A DNA stretch of 62,989 nucleotides, counting the filler, from Aduncisulcus paluster (taxonomy: Eukaryota): the NCBI GenBank assembly GCA_024181965.1. It is 5 parts of 5 records of this genome, joined end to end, with 100 filler letters (N's around TTAATTAATTAA, not from the genome) between each part and the next. Parts side by side here need not be neighbours in the genome. Positions count along the whole stretch, not along the records: positions 21,435 to 36,171 come from BQXS01012556.1; positions 36,272 to 57,379 come from BQXS01012557.1; 3 more parts are not named here. The stretch is one strand, 5' to 3'. The position numbers and the translations under genes were made by a program. The notes below the pieces were generated by a model that saw only the letters and a list, made by a program, of their open reading frames with translations, did no database searches and was not told the DNA's origin. Shown here in pieces: positions 34,349 through 45,522 of this stretch. Every line of letters begins with the position of its first letter. Position 1 is the first letter of the stretch.

Positions 34349-35882
34349 TTAATCAAGTTCCTCGATGTCGGGGCCTTGGGTGGAAGCACCAGCTCCAGGC
34401 ATACCTCCGGGCATTCCTCCAGGGAAGCCTCCGGGCATACCACCGGGCATTCCGCCCATACCTCCGGGCATACCACCAGGCATTCCTCCGGGCATACCAC
34501 CAGGCATTCCTCCGGGCATACCACCAGGCATTCCTCCGGGCATACCACCAGGCATTCCACCTTGACCGGCAGCACCTTGTTGGTACATCTTCATGACAAT
34601 AGGTTGACTCTTCTCTTGGAATTCTTTCAACTTGGCCTCGTATTCCTCTTTGGTAGAATCCATGTTCTCTTCAAGCCATTTGCTGTACTCCTCAACGAGA
34701 TCGTTAACAGTTTTCTTGTCTTCTTCAGAGATCTTGTCACCAGCTTCAGACAAAGTGTTACGGAGACCGTAAACAGTGGACTCAAGGGAGTTCTTGGCGT
34801 TGACCTTGGCCTTGATAGCCTCATCCTCAGCCTTGAACTTCTCGGCCTCTTCAACCATCCTCTTGATCTCATCGTCAGAGAGACGACCCTTAGATTGCTT
34901 GATGGTGATAGAGTTCTCCTTACCAGTTCCAGTGTCCTTGGCAGTAACAGTCAAGATACCGTTGGCATCCATGTTGAAAGTAACCTCAATCTTGGGGACA
35001 CCACGAGGAGCAGGAGGGATTCCAGAAAGGTTGAAATCTCCGAGCTTGTTGTTGTCCCTGGTCATGGCACGCTCACCCTCGTAAACTTGGATAAGAACTC
35101 CAGGCTGGTTATCGGCGTAAGTAGAGAACATCTCACTCTTACGGCAAGGGATGGTGGAGTTACGCTCAATGATACGAGCCATCTGACCACCAGCGGTCTC
35201 AATACCGAGGGAAAGAGGAGCAACATCAAGAAGAAGAAGATCTTGAACCTTTTCAGACTCAGAACCAGTCAAGACAGCAGCTTGGACAGCGGCACCGTGG
35301 GCAACAGCCTCATCAGGGTTGATGGAACGGCAGAGCTCCTTACCACCGAAGAAATCCTTAAGGAGTTGTTGAACCTTGGGGATACGAGTGGAACCACCAA
35401 CAAGAACAACCTCATGAACAGAAGCCTTGTCAATACCAGAATCACGAATAACACGTTCAACGGGTTGGAGACATTTACGGAACAAGTCCATATTGAGTTC
35501 TTCAAAACGAGCACGGGTAAGGGCAGTGAAGAAATCGATACCCTCATGGAGGGAATCAATCTCGATCCTGGTCTTAACAGTGGAGGAAAGGTTACGCTTG
35601 GCACGCTCACAAGCAGTACGAAGACGACGGAGAGCACGAGGGCTGGTGCTGATATCCTTTCTGTATTTACGTTGGAACTCTTGAACGAAGTGGTTCACAA
35701 GACGACTGTCAAAATCTTCTCCTCCAAGATGAGTATCACCGGCAGTAGCCTTAACCTCAAAGACACCATCATCGATAGTAAGAAGGGAAACATCAAAGGT
35801 ACCACCTCCGAGATCGAAAATAAGGATATTCTTCTCACCTTCAGTCTTCTTGTCGAGACCGTAAGCAATAGCGGCAGCAGTG

Positions 35883-35914
<32 letters not shown>

Positions 35915-36171
35915 GGAGATAGTTCCAGCATCCTTGGTAGCTTGACGCTGAGAATCGTTGAAGTAAGCGGGAACAGTAACAACAGCCTTTTCAACCTTCT
36001 TTCCAAGGTAATCGGCAGCAACATCACGCATACGACCAAGAACCATGGAGGAGATCTGCTCAGGAGAGAAGACCTTGGTCTCAGATTTGTGTTTAACCTC
36101 AATGAAAGGCTTGTCACCATCACGGCAGACAACCTTGAAGGGCCAGTGAAGGATATCACGTTGAACCTCAG
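34349..36171 (-). CDS. HSP70: Cytosolic Hsp70 (5'-truncated at the spacer)
   Basis: [42 protein letters not shown] repeats and C-terminal EELD. Confidence 0.98.
34396..34562 (-). repeat. 12-bp coding tandem repeat (GGMP)n
   Basis: About 13 GGMP-type units in the Hsp70 tail. Confidence 0.9.
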
Positions 36172-36271
36172 NNNNNNNNNNNNNNNNNNNNNNNNNNNNN
36201 NNNNNNNNNNNNNNNTTAATTAATTAANNNNNNNNNNNNNNNNNNNNNNNNNNNNNNNNNNNNNNNNNNNN
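36172..36271. other. Artificial scaffold spacer
   Basis: N44-TTAATTAATTAA-N44. Confidence 0.97.
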
Positions 36272-36273
36272 AA

Positions 36274-37575
36274 CAAAGTAGAATGAAGATGCTTTTTGAG
36301 AAACAGAGCCATATGAAAGAAGAGGCCAAGAAAACAGAAGAGAAACAGCTCAGAAGCAGGGAATATATTCGTAAACGTCGTGAAGAACAAAGAAAAGTTG
36401 TTGTTTCGAAGTTAAGGGAGAAAATGGATTTGGCTGAACATCAAAGATTAAAAATAGAGAAAGAACGTGAAGATCAACGACTTATCAAAATTCAAGAGAT
36501 GAAAATAGCCGAAGAGAAACGATTATTGAAGCTTAAAAGACTTGATGAAGAAGAAGAAAGACATGCAATTGCAGTTAAAGAGAAATGGGAAGAAGAGGAA
36601 CAGGATTTAATTGCAAAGAGAAGACAAGAAGAAGAAGAAAGGTTAATTGAGAGTGAAAAGGCCGCGTATCTTGAAGAACTCCGCCAGAAAAAGGTAGAAC
36701 GTGTCAGAAAAAGAGATATGGCCCAGAGAATTGAAAAAAGAAGGCGTTTACAAGATCGTATGAAGAGAGTTGCCGAGTTTGAGCATGAGAGAAGGTCTTC
36801 GTGGCAGCATAAGAGGAACGAAGCAAGAAAAATGGAAAAACAAAAGCTTGATTTGCAGCGGAAACTTGATATTGCCCTTCACTCGAGTAGTAATAAGCTT
36901 GCTACGAGTGGAAATATCCTCTCCTCGCCTGAGCAATCCCCAGTCCAATATAAAACTCCTCAGAGCAGACTTTCTCTCTCACAACAATCTTCAGATTCGT
37001 TGGTCCGTGTTTCGTCCGCCTTGTCGTCTGTTGTCGCCGCCGTGTCAGCTCTTCCTCAAGATGTCCTTGAGTTTCTTCCTCCTGGGTCAAGTATCCTCTC
37101 TCTCATGAAAGGAGACATGTCTGTCCTCCCATCTCGTACTCATAGTGCCCTCGATGGCTCCCATCGAGTTAGTGGTAATCAATCAGTGCAACCCAGGAAT
37201 ACTCATTCCAGAATAATCCCTGCAGGGTCTCAATCTGCCCCATTCCCAGGACATAGAATACACGGAACCCGTCCGAAGAGGAAAGGAAAGAAAGGATCTT
37301 ATTCATCAAGGATTCGGCCCAAGACTTCACTTGGCCCTCTCGAAAGTCCTTATTCATCATCTGTCAGGCCTCCAAAACCATCTGCATTTGATTTATCTTC
37401 CCCTGCAACACCATCTCTTCATGCCAAGCCCTCAATTACGGGCACTTCTGGGAAGAACATACCTGATCCTCGTGAACTAGAAGATGATGATGATGAGCTC
37501 TATCACCGTCTGGGAGCGCAAGAAAAAGATGAATTAGATAAAATATTGCGGAGAAAAGGATATAAAGATGATTAA
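36274..37575 (+). CDS. Coiled-coil protein, probably 5'-truncated
   Basis: Frame open from the spacer. E/K/R-rich heptads followed by an S/P-rich tail. Confidence 0.7.
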   Translation, partial: QSRMKMLFEKQSHMKEEAKKTEEKQLRSREYIRKRREEQRKVVVSKLREKMDLAEHQRLKIEKEREDQRLIKIQEMKIAEEKRLLKLKRLDEEEERHAIAVKEKWEEEEQDLIAKRRQEEEERLIESEKAAYLEELRQKKVERVRKRDMAQRIEKRRRLQDRMKRVAEFEHERRSSWQHKRNEARKMEKQKLDLQRKLDIALHSSSNKLATSGNILSSPEQSPVQYKTPQSRLSLSQQSSDSLVRVSSALSSVVAAVSALPQDVLEFLPPGSSILSLMKGDMSVLPSRTHSALDGSHRVSGNQSVQPRNTHSRIIPAGSQSAPFPGHRIHGTRPKRKGKKGSYSSRIRPKTSLGPLESPYSSSVRPPKPSAFDLSSPATPSLHAKPSITGTSGKNIPDPRELEDDDDELYHRLGAQEKDELDKILRRKGYKDD

Positions 37576-37764
37576 ACTCTCACTGTTATTGTCATATCCT
37601 GTAATTCGCTAATCTAGGATCTTTTTAATAAATAATTAAATGTAATTAATTAGAATTTGATTTTTTTTGCCAATTATCACTTTTTTCTCAAGATTTGAGT
37701 TTTCGAGGATATATTCAATTTCACAGGTTGTTGTTGATCACACTGCCATCCTATAACTGATAAA

Positions 37765-38477
37765 ATGGGTCTATTTGGAGTACGTTCTTTTTATTTATTA
37801 TTATTTCCCCATTAGTAGAAGTGTTTTTATTTGTTTTATTGTGTTTCTTTTTCTCTTTGTAGAGGAAACCTACAAAAACACCAGAAGAATTAGCGGCTGA
37901 ATGGAAAGAACAACTTAGAGCCGAGCAAAGAGAAATTAAAAAGACCATTCGTAAAATTGACTCGGAAGAAAGAAAGCAGAAGAGGGAGATACAAAAGGTT
38001 ATGAAACGTGGTGATAAAGTTTCCGCGAGAATTCTTGCAAAAGAAGTTGTTTCTGCAAGAAAAACAAAAACCCGTCTTGAATCTACGGTTCTTCAACTCT
38101 CCTCTATTCAAATGGCTGTTCGGCAGAATCTTGCACAAGCCAGATTGTCTGGTGCGTTCTCAAAATCTACAGAGATTATGCAAATGATGGGTCAACTTGT
38201 TTCTGCTCCAGAATGTGCAAAGATTTGCAAAAATATGACACGTGAAATGGAAAAGGCTGGAATTGTAGAGGAAATGTTCGCCGATGCTGTTGATACTATC
38301 GGAGATGTTGATGAAACAGAAGTAAGTGCTGAAATGAGCAAGGTATTCGAGGGTCTTGGAATTGATATTGCGTCGAAAATGGGTACAGCTCCAGTGAGCA
38401 CACCAACAGCCAAGGTAGAAGAAACTGCCGACGAAGAGGAGGATGAATTAATTCGTAGTATCGAAGCAGCTTTGTAA
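37765..38477 (+). CDS. VPS24: ESCRT-III subunit CHMP3/Vps24 (exons 37765-37779 and 37863-38477)
   Basis: Spliced N-terminus MGLFG/RKPTKTPEELAAEWK. ARILAKEVV, KSTEIM and REMEKAGIVEEM motifs. GTACGT..GTAG intron 37780-37862. Confidence 0.92.
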
Positions 38478-38700
38478 TCCATCACATTTCTCTTTGATTA
38501 AGCCTTCCCAATAAAGTAATATTTATGCTCCTTATTTGAAGTTTATACACACTAATTCGCTCAAAATATAATAATATAGTTATTTTGGAATTATTTCATC
38601 CATTGGATTACAATGTACAAGCCTTACTAATGCAGGTCTTTTGATTTGCTCGAATAGAAAATCGTTTTGGAGGACGTTATACTTCAACAAAAGTAATCTA

Positions 38701-41700
38701 ATGGGGCACGACGACGCTATATTTGCCATTAGAATATATTTTCATGATTTTTTATCCCTTCATCTTCGATATCAAGGGTATGTTGCATCATTGTTGTTTT
38801 TCTACATTATTGTTTGAGCGCTTTGCATTTTCATGCTTAATTTATTTTTAAATATACTCTACTTTTTTCTTTTTTTCGATTTCATAGAACATATAGATTA
38901 AGAGTATCCGTTCAAAGTGAAGAAACAGAAATATATGCTAAAGCTCACGGATCTATTCCTTGTGAAGACGTTAAACCATTTCTAAAGCTTGAAAAGGATT
39001 ATTATTATTCTAATCACGCGGTATCCTTGCGTCCATTTGAGCTGGAATATCAAAGGCAAGATATCTGTCAACAACGTCTTGTTCAATTTTCATTAAACAT
39101 TCCAATGAGCATGATTTCGAATCCAGGTAATGCTATTATAAGAGTTGAGTTATTATATACATCTACTGCAAAGCGGGATCTCTCGGTACGGCGTGGCCAC
39201 ATCGATAATTCTGCATTTTCTTCAAAAGCAACTTCAATTCATAAATTATGTCTTAGTGCCGGTGGATATGGTGGTGTTTGTGCGATGCGACCTAATTTTG
39301 GGCTAACATGGGGAGGCTGTGTGGAATGCGTTGTGGCCTGGTCTCTCAAAGGAATTGTTAAGAATCCAAATCCACTCAGCAGCATTACCAGTGCTATTGG
39401 ATTAGGAGGAAAACTACATGTTCCAAAAGGATATGAGACAGAGGACTCCACAACATATTCAACAAAGAAATCACTTCCAGATACGAGTCCAAAACCAGAT
39501 TCCCGTGATATTTCATCATCTTCTCTATCCTCATATATATTTCTTGCACTCAGATCCCTTGCTTCTTTTATTCTTCATCTTGATATGTGGGAACGAAAGA
39601 GGCGGCGCAAAAAAGATGGTGATTCCAGTGATTCTGGCACAAGGGACGGTAAGACTATTCTTGGAGAGGATCCTTTTGGAGATAGCAGTGTTCCAGCGAG
39701 TCCACGAGGAAGGAGTGGAAGTTGGGATGGAACTCGAAGCGTGAGATATACTTCCGGTGTTTCTACACTTATCCCCCCATCTCGTGGAATTACAGTCTTA
39801 TCTCAACATAGTATCACAGAAACTTTGTCTCTTGACAGTGGCTTCAAGGAAGAGGTGTTGAAATACTTTCAGTCATCCACCCTCGACACGATGAAAATGA
39901 TCTCTATTATCGAATGGTTCTTCCTCCAACGAAGAAACATTGTCACCCCTGTTGTCACATCTCTTTGTCTGCTCTATTATCGGTCTGAGTTGGACATGCT
40001 GTCCCCCACTATCTGTGTGGCTCAGCATGATAGATTGGAGATATCCTCGGCCATCCCGACACCTCTCGTACATCCATTGTTCTCTGTGCATCCTGAAAAG
40101 GTCCTCGAGGGTGCCATTACGAGAGTTACAAGACTGAGTTCTGGTGTACATGTTCCTATCAGATTGGGTGGAGAAACTGATATTAGGAATATGGCCAAAC
40201 CTCTTGGAGCTGCTCGTAAACGGATAGATATTCCTGCATTGGCTATTTATGGATTGAAAGGTGTTCCCCTTCCTTGTCCCATGAAATCTTTGCGAACTTA
40301 TTTATCCGATTTCTTCCCATCTTCCATTAAAGTGCATTCATCCACGCACGACCTTAAAAAGGCATCCCAGTCCCAGGGAATGCGATGTGTATTGTGTTCC
40401 TTGGATAAACCTTGTCTTGAAGAGAAATATATTGAAGATTTCGGAAAGGTTGATGAATCCAACTCTGTTCCTTTGTCCCTTATTTCCACCCAAGGCCTTA
40501 TTCCGACTAACACCAAGAATCTCTGCACCTCAGTGCATCCTTGTTCCATTATCCACGACCCAGGCATCACCGCTGATATGTGTACGATTGTTGTTCATGA
40601 ATATGGAGATAGCATTCGAAGGAGGGGTGGTGGGGAGCGTTGGGTGAGGGGTGATGGTTTGTCGATAAAGTTGGGCAAGAAAGAAGTTAAGGATAAGGAT
40701 GAAACTCTTTCTGATTTGACTTCTTTTAGGAAAAATAGTCATGTACCTGGCATCATGTTTGGAAAAGAGTCGGGAGAAAGTATTCGAGATACTCTTTTTA
40801 TGGTGCCTTCCTTGATCAAGGCTAGGAGAAAGGCTGAAGCAAAAACCAAATCGGAACCTCTGCTCAAAATCCCGTATTATGTCCCAAAATTTCCTGCACT
40901 GAGTCCAGATATTTCTGTTGTGGGCANNNNNNNNNNNNNNNNNNNNCCCAGGCATCACCGCTGATATGTGTACGATTGTTGTTCATGAATATGGAGATAG
41001 CATTCGAAGGAGGGGTGGTGGGGAGCGTTGGGTGAGGGGTGATGGTTTGTCGATAAAGTTGGGCAAGAAAGAAGTTAAGGATAAGGATGAAACTCTTTCT
41101 GATTTGACTTCTTTTAGGAAAAATAGTCATGTACCTGGCATCATGTTTGGAAAAGAGTCGGGAGAAAGTATTCGAGATACTCTTTTTATGGTGCCTTCCT
41201 TGATCAAGGCTAGGAGAAAGGCTGAAGCAAAAACCAAATCGGAACCTCTGCTCAAAATCCCGTATTATGTCCCAAAATTTCCTGCACTGAGTCCAGATAT
41301 TTCTGTTGTGGGCAAGAAATCCAAAAAAGCTCGTTTCACCGTGTTATATGTCTTAGTTCATGGACTTGGTGGAAATCATCTTGATCTCACTGCTTTTAAG
41401 GCTGCCATCATCGAAAACCATCAGATGGCAGGGATCGTTAAGAAGAGCATGGGTAAACAGTCCTCTTCCAGCATTGTAATTCCTCGAATTGAATTTATTG
41501 AGTCATCTTCGAATGAAGAATCTCAGAAAGAGAGTTTTTCTCAGCTTGGATTAAATCTTTTGCATGAAATCCGAAGCTTTATGGATAATCATGGAGAGGA
41601 GAGCATTGATGTGATCCATTTCATTTCTTTCTCACTTGGAGGTGTAATTGCTCGTGCTTGTCTTGCTCACCGTCAATTCAAAGTTTCTTGGAGGAAAAAG

Positions 41701-42801
41701 TTGGGATGCTTTTTAAGTGTTTGTGGTCCTCACGCTGGAACCTCTGCATGCAAACCTATTGTCAGGGCTGGAATGTGGTTCTTGCGAAAGACTCAGAATT
41801 CATCTGCCTTGAAAGAACTCCGACTTGAGGATTCATTGCTTGAGAAAGAAGACGAGGAGGAAATGTTCATCGGTCGGGGAGCCATTCCTCAATTGTATGA
41901 AATCAAAGAAATAATGGAAAAAGAAACGGCTGATCATTGGGGGGGGGAGGATACTGTTGATATGTCAAGTGATATTGTTAGTCCAAGTATTGTTCCTATC
42001 ACTCCTATGTCCAGAGTATCATTTGCCCGTGACCTTCCAGGATTCAGGCCTCGTGCTCTTCATGTTTCTCAGAGCGCTATTTATAGTGGTGAACGGAGAG
42101 GAAGTGAACCTCTCACTCCTTCTCGGCCAATGAAGATAGATATTGAATCGCATCCTCCTCGGCATGTGATGCTTGGTGCTCACACTCCAGCAAAAGTTGA
42201 CAAGTCAAAGGCAAAGATTCCTCTCGATATCGATGCTACAGGGGATATTGGATACGATCCCTCCGATCATTTGGCTGAAATTGACAAAAAACAAGCCGTT
42301 GCCGATGTTACCGAGACGGTTGATGCTTCTCACCGAAAACTGAGCAAAAAGAAGGTCAAAAGAAGGATTGGAATCTGTGGCGCAGGATGTGGAGTTGATA
42401 AAAGCAGTGCTGTTTCATTTGAATCTGAGAAGAAATCTGGTGAGAAGAGCGAGTTATTCCTTGAACGTCTTGCTAGTCGATGCACTCTTTCATGGTTTGA
42501 TAGTGTCTATCTGTGTGGAAGCACTCATGATGGATGGGTTCCAATGAATTCGTCTCTTCTTCTTCCTTGTGGGATCCCAGAACAAGATAGCATCTCCCGA
42601 ATGCTTCTTGAGAGAATGAGAGAAAGTTGTACAAAGTTTGTAAGATGTGTGATGGCATTCCCAGAATCACTTGTGAAATCAAGCTTTTTTGATCGAGTCA
42701 GTGGTAGACTTGGACATACTGCTATTTTAGGCTCTTTGGGCAGTGTAAAGATGTTGCTCAGTATTGTTGGCAAGAACATTCATTTCTTCTCCAATATATG
42801 A
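38701..42801 (+). CDS. FAM135-like protein with C-terminal DUF676 alpha/beta-hydrolase (intron 38778-38887; gap duplication at 40927)
   Basis: Spliced N-terminus IYFHDFLSLHLRYQG/TYRLRV. VLVHGLGGNHLDL, ISFSLGGVIAR, GPHAG, DGWVP and GRLGHTAIL motifs. Confidence 0.82.
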
Positions 42802-43038
42802 ATGACTATCTCCATTGTTTGAAGATTTGAAGACTCTATTTTGTGTCCTGAATCCACGTTCTCTCGAACTAACACAAAGATACATAATAATCCATATTTT
42901 CTCATTCATAAAGAGAAAAATGTTGGTAATACGAAAGGTTTTACCTTGTCTCTGTGGCTTAATTTGGGAAAATGAGAAGATCTATTGTTGGAAACGCCTG
43001 TATATAGTGATATCAAAAGTTGTTTTTTGTTGGTGTTT

Positions 43039-43065
43039 TCTAAAAATAGATTTTCTAAAAATAGA
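43039..43065. promoter_or_regulatory. Paired TCTAAAAATAGA boxes at 15-bp period (copy 1)
   Basis: TCTAAAAATAGA-TTT-TCTAAAAATAGA. Function inferred only. Confidence 0.5.
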
Positions 43066-43621
43066 ATTGGCAAATTGAAATCGCCTTGTATGACGTTATT
43101 TCAATTGAAAACTTCCAAAAGATATCAATTCTTTCTCTTTTTGTTTTTTTTTTTTCTTGCAGATTAATTGAATGTTTAGATACCTTTGGCATAATAACAT
43201 CATTTATTTCAAACATTTTTTTAAAAAATTTTAGAATAGTTTATTACTTGCAAATAGGTAAATGTATTTTCCGTTTTCATTGTATTTTGCATGAATTTTT
43301 ATTAATACTGGAATGTCTATATTAAAGATTTTTCAGGTATTATACGATAATAATTAATATAATGAATATAAAAAGGTCCTGAAGGATGAGAACTCTCTAC
43401 CTTCGTTATGAACCTTCCATACGAAGGTCTGCTGACACTTTTATCAATAAATTGTACCACATAACCTCTCTACAAGAGATAATTTACAGTATTAATTATA
43501 ACTTGACTTACGTCATTTCTGTGGCATGTGGATCATTGCTGAAACTAGAATAAGGATATATGAATCAATAATTTTGTGCTCCTATATACATAGTGGTATC
43601 ATTAAAACAATTTTCAATAAA

Positions 43622-43694
43622 TGGTCGATCTGGGGCTCGAACCCAGGACCTTTGGCTTATCAGACCAACGCACTACCAACTGTGCAAACCGACC
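43622..43694 (-). tRNA. tRNA-Ile(GAT)
   Basis: Cloverleaf: acceptor GGTCGGT/ATCGACC, D stem GCAC/GTGC, anticodon arm TTGGT-CTGATAA-GCCAA, T arm CTGGG-TTCGAGC-CCCAG, discriminator A. Confidence 0.93.
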
Positions 43695-43892
43695 CTTGAA
43701 ATTACTTTTTAACGTCATTTATTTATATATATTATATAAAATTCTTCCAAGCTGAAACCGTTAATTATAATCCATACAATTTATAATTGATATAGATTAT
43801 GATTATTTACTCATCTGGATCTATTGAAAATAAACCATAAATTTTTGATAAAATTCAAATTAAAAATGGTAAATATAATAATTAACAACAAA

Positions 43893-45200
43893 TCACTTTT
43901 GCAAAACCTTTTCAATGATTTCAGGAGTAGTTTCATCCATTAATTCGATCTGTTTATCGTTCAACACATTTCTACGAGAAACGTAGCCCTTAACTTGAGG
44001 CCATGAACCATAGATAGCATACCAAGTAATTGAAAATTCCTCACCAGATTCTTTCTTGTGATCATTAAGAGCCTGAGCACGAGGTAAATGAGATGGCAAA
44101 CCATATAAGAATTGGTATTGAGGTTCTCCACACTCAGCCTTGGCAGCATCAGCAACAGCCTTTGAAGAAGTGGCAATTGCAAGACCTGGACATGCATTCT
44201 TGGCACATTCAACAAAGCTTTCAGCAATCTCATCATCAGAGGTCAGGAAAAGATGTTCATATTCAGTGGGGGCAGAATGACCCTTTTGTTTGTAAGCTTT
44301 TCCACGAACGAGACGAAGGCAACCTCCTTTCTCAGAAATGGTCTTAGCAATTTCAGCAGCATCAGAAAACTCGGCTTGGTGGGCAATTCTGAGTTCCATG
44401 TTTCTCTCCTTAAACTCATCAAGCATCGTATAGAAGACATCGAGGGTGATTTGTCTATATTGAATCTCTTCTTGATCAAGTTCAACACCAATGCCATATT
44501 CGGCAGCAACAGAAACTATCTCACGGAAAAGAGACTCGAACATAGCAGGATCAACCTCAATACATAGCTGAGAAGGCTTAATAGAGATAGAAACAGCCTT
44601 TTGAAGACCTCTAGCTCCAACAAGAGATAAAAGACGTTTGTATTCCTCGGCAGTATCATAGCAACTTTGTTCAAAACCAGGTTTGTAATGTTCTCCACCA
44701 AAATTCAAAAGAGTGCGGTATTGATTCTCATTGAATGATTTTTCGGCATTATCAAGAGCTTCTTCAACAGAAAAGCCACCAATGAGAGAATGAGCGAGTA
44801 AAATAGCCTTAACTGTCTTGTCTGAAATTTCTTCTTTTTCTTCAACTACGACAGGTTCCTCGATAACAGGTTCCTCGATAACAGGTTCCTCGATAACTGG
44901 TTCTTCAATGGTGATTGGCTCTTCGACAATTGGTTCAACCACGACGGGTTCTTCAACAACGATGGGTTCAACAATAACAGCCTCTTCCTCAATGAGTTCA
45001 GGTTGAACAACAACAACTTCCTCCTCTTTTTCAAAAGGGTTTTGGATTCCTTTGCGAATACCGACCAGAACAAGAAGTCCACCAGCAGCAAAAGCAAGTA
45101 TCAAGGCAAAAAAGATTACCAAACAGGAAGGACCTGATTTCTTTGAAGTTTCTGATTTCTTAACATCTTCGTTAAGCTTAATAATTCTATCAACAACCAT
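43893..45200 (-). CDS. Proline dehydrogenase-like flavoprotein with N-terminal TM anchor and EEPV-repeat stalk
   Basis: NFGGEH, ISIKPSQL, ELDQEE, AHQA, LRLVRGKAY, AIATSS, QFLYGL and YG.W..YVSRR in PRODH order. ATG at 45200. Confidence 0.8.
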   Translation of the reverse strand: MVVDRIIKLNEDVKKSETSKKSGPSCLVIFFALILAFAAGGLLVLVGIRKGIQNPFEKEEEVVVVQPELIEEEAVIVEPIVVEEPVVVEPIVEEPITIEEPVIEEPVIEEPVIEEPVVVEEKEEISDKTVKAILLAHSLIGGFSVEEALDNAEKSFNENQYRTLLNFGGEHYKPGFEQSCYDTAEEYKRLLSLVGARGLQKAVSISIKPSQLCIEVDPAMFESLFREIVSVAAEYGIGVELDQEEIQYRQITLDVFYTMLDEFKERNMELRIAHQAEFSDAAEIAKTISEKGGCLRLVRGKAYKQKGHSAPTEYEHLFLTSDDEIAESFVECAKNACPGLAIATSSKAVADAAKAECGEPQYQFLYGLPSHLPRAQALNDHKKESGEEFSITWYAIYGSWPQVKGYVSRRNVLNDKQIELMDETTPEIIEKVLQK

Positions 45201-45522
45201 ATTATACTGTGTCAAAACGGTCTTTGTGCATGACGCCAGTATTCGAATTCAATGCAATCATATGATTGAGCATTTATTTGCATTAGAGCGAGTAAAGGAT
45301 ATGATTAGTTTTTTTATTCCAACAGATGTTCAAATAGAACCGTGAAATCGAACAACGATTCGAAAGTTTCGTCCTCATAACTAAACCAAATAACATATCA
45401 AATATTCTTCGGCTTGAAATTATTGAAGTAATTATTTTGAACTTTTTGGATATATTCCAAGTGATGATTCGCCATCAATCTGAAGTTGGTAGCTAATTTT
45501 GTCGTGTTTTACAGGAATCTCC

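Noticed and set aside
34376..36223. 615-aa antisense ORF
   Set aside because: Known antisense shadow of codon-biased Hsp70 genes.
43399..43428. Hairpin ACCTTCGTTATG..CATACGAAGGT
   Set aside because: A single short stem with no supporting motifs.
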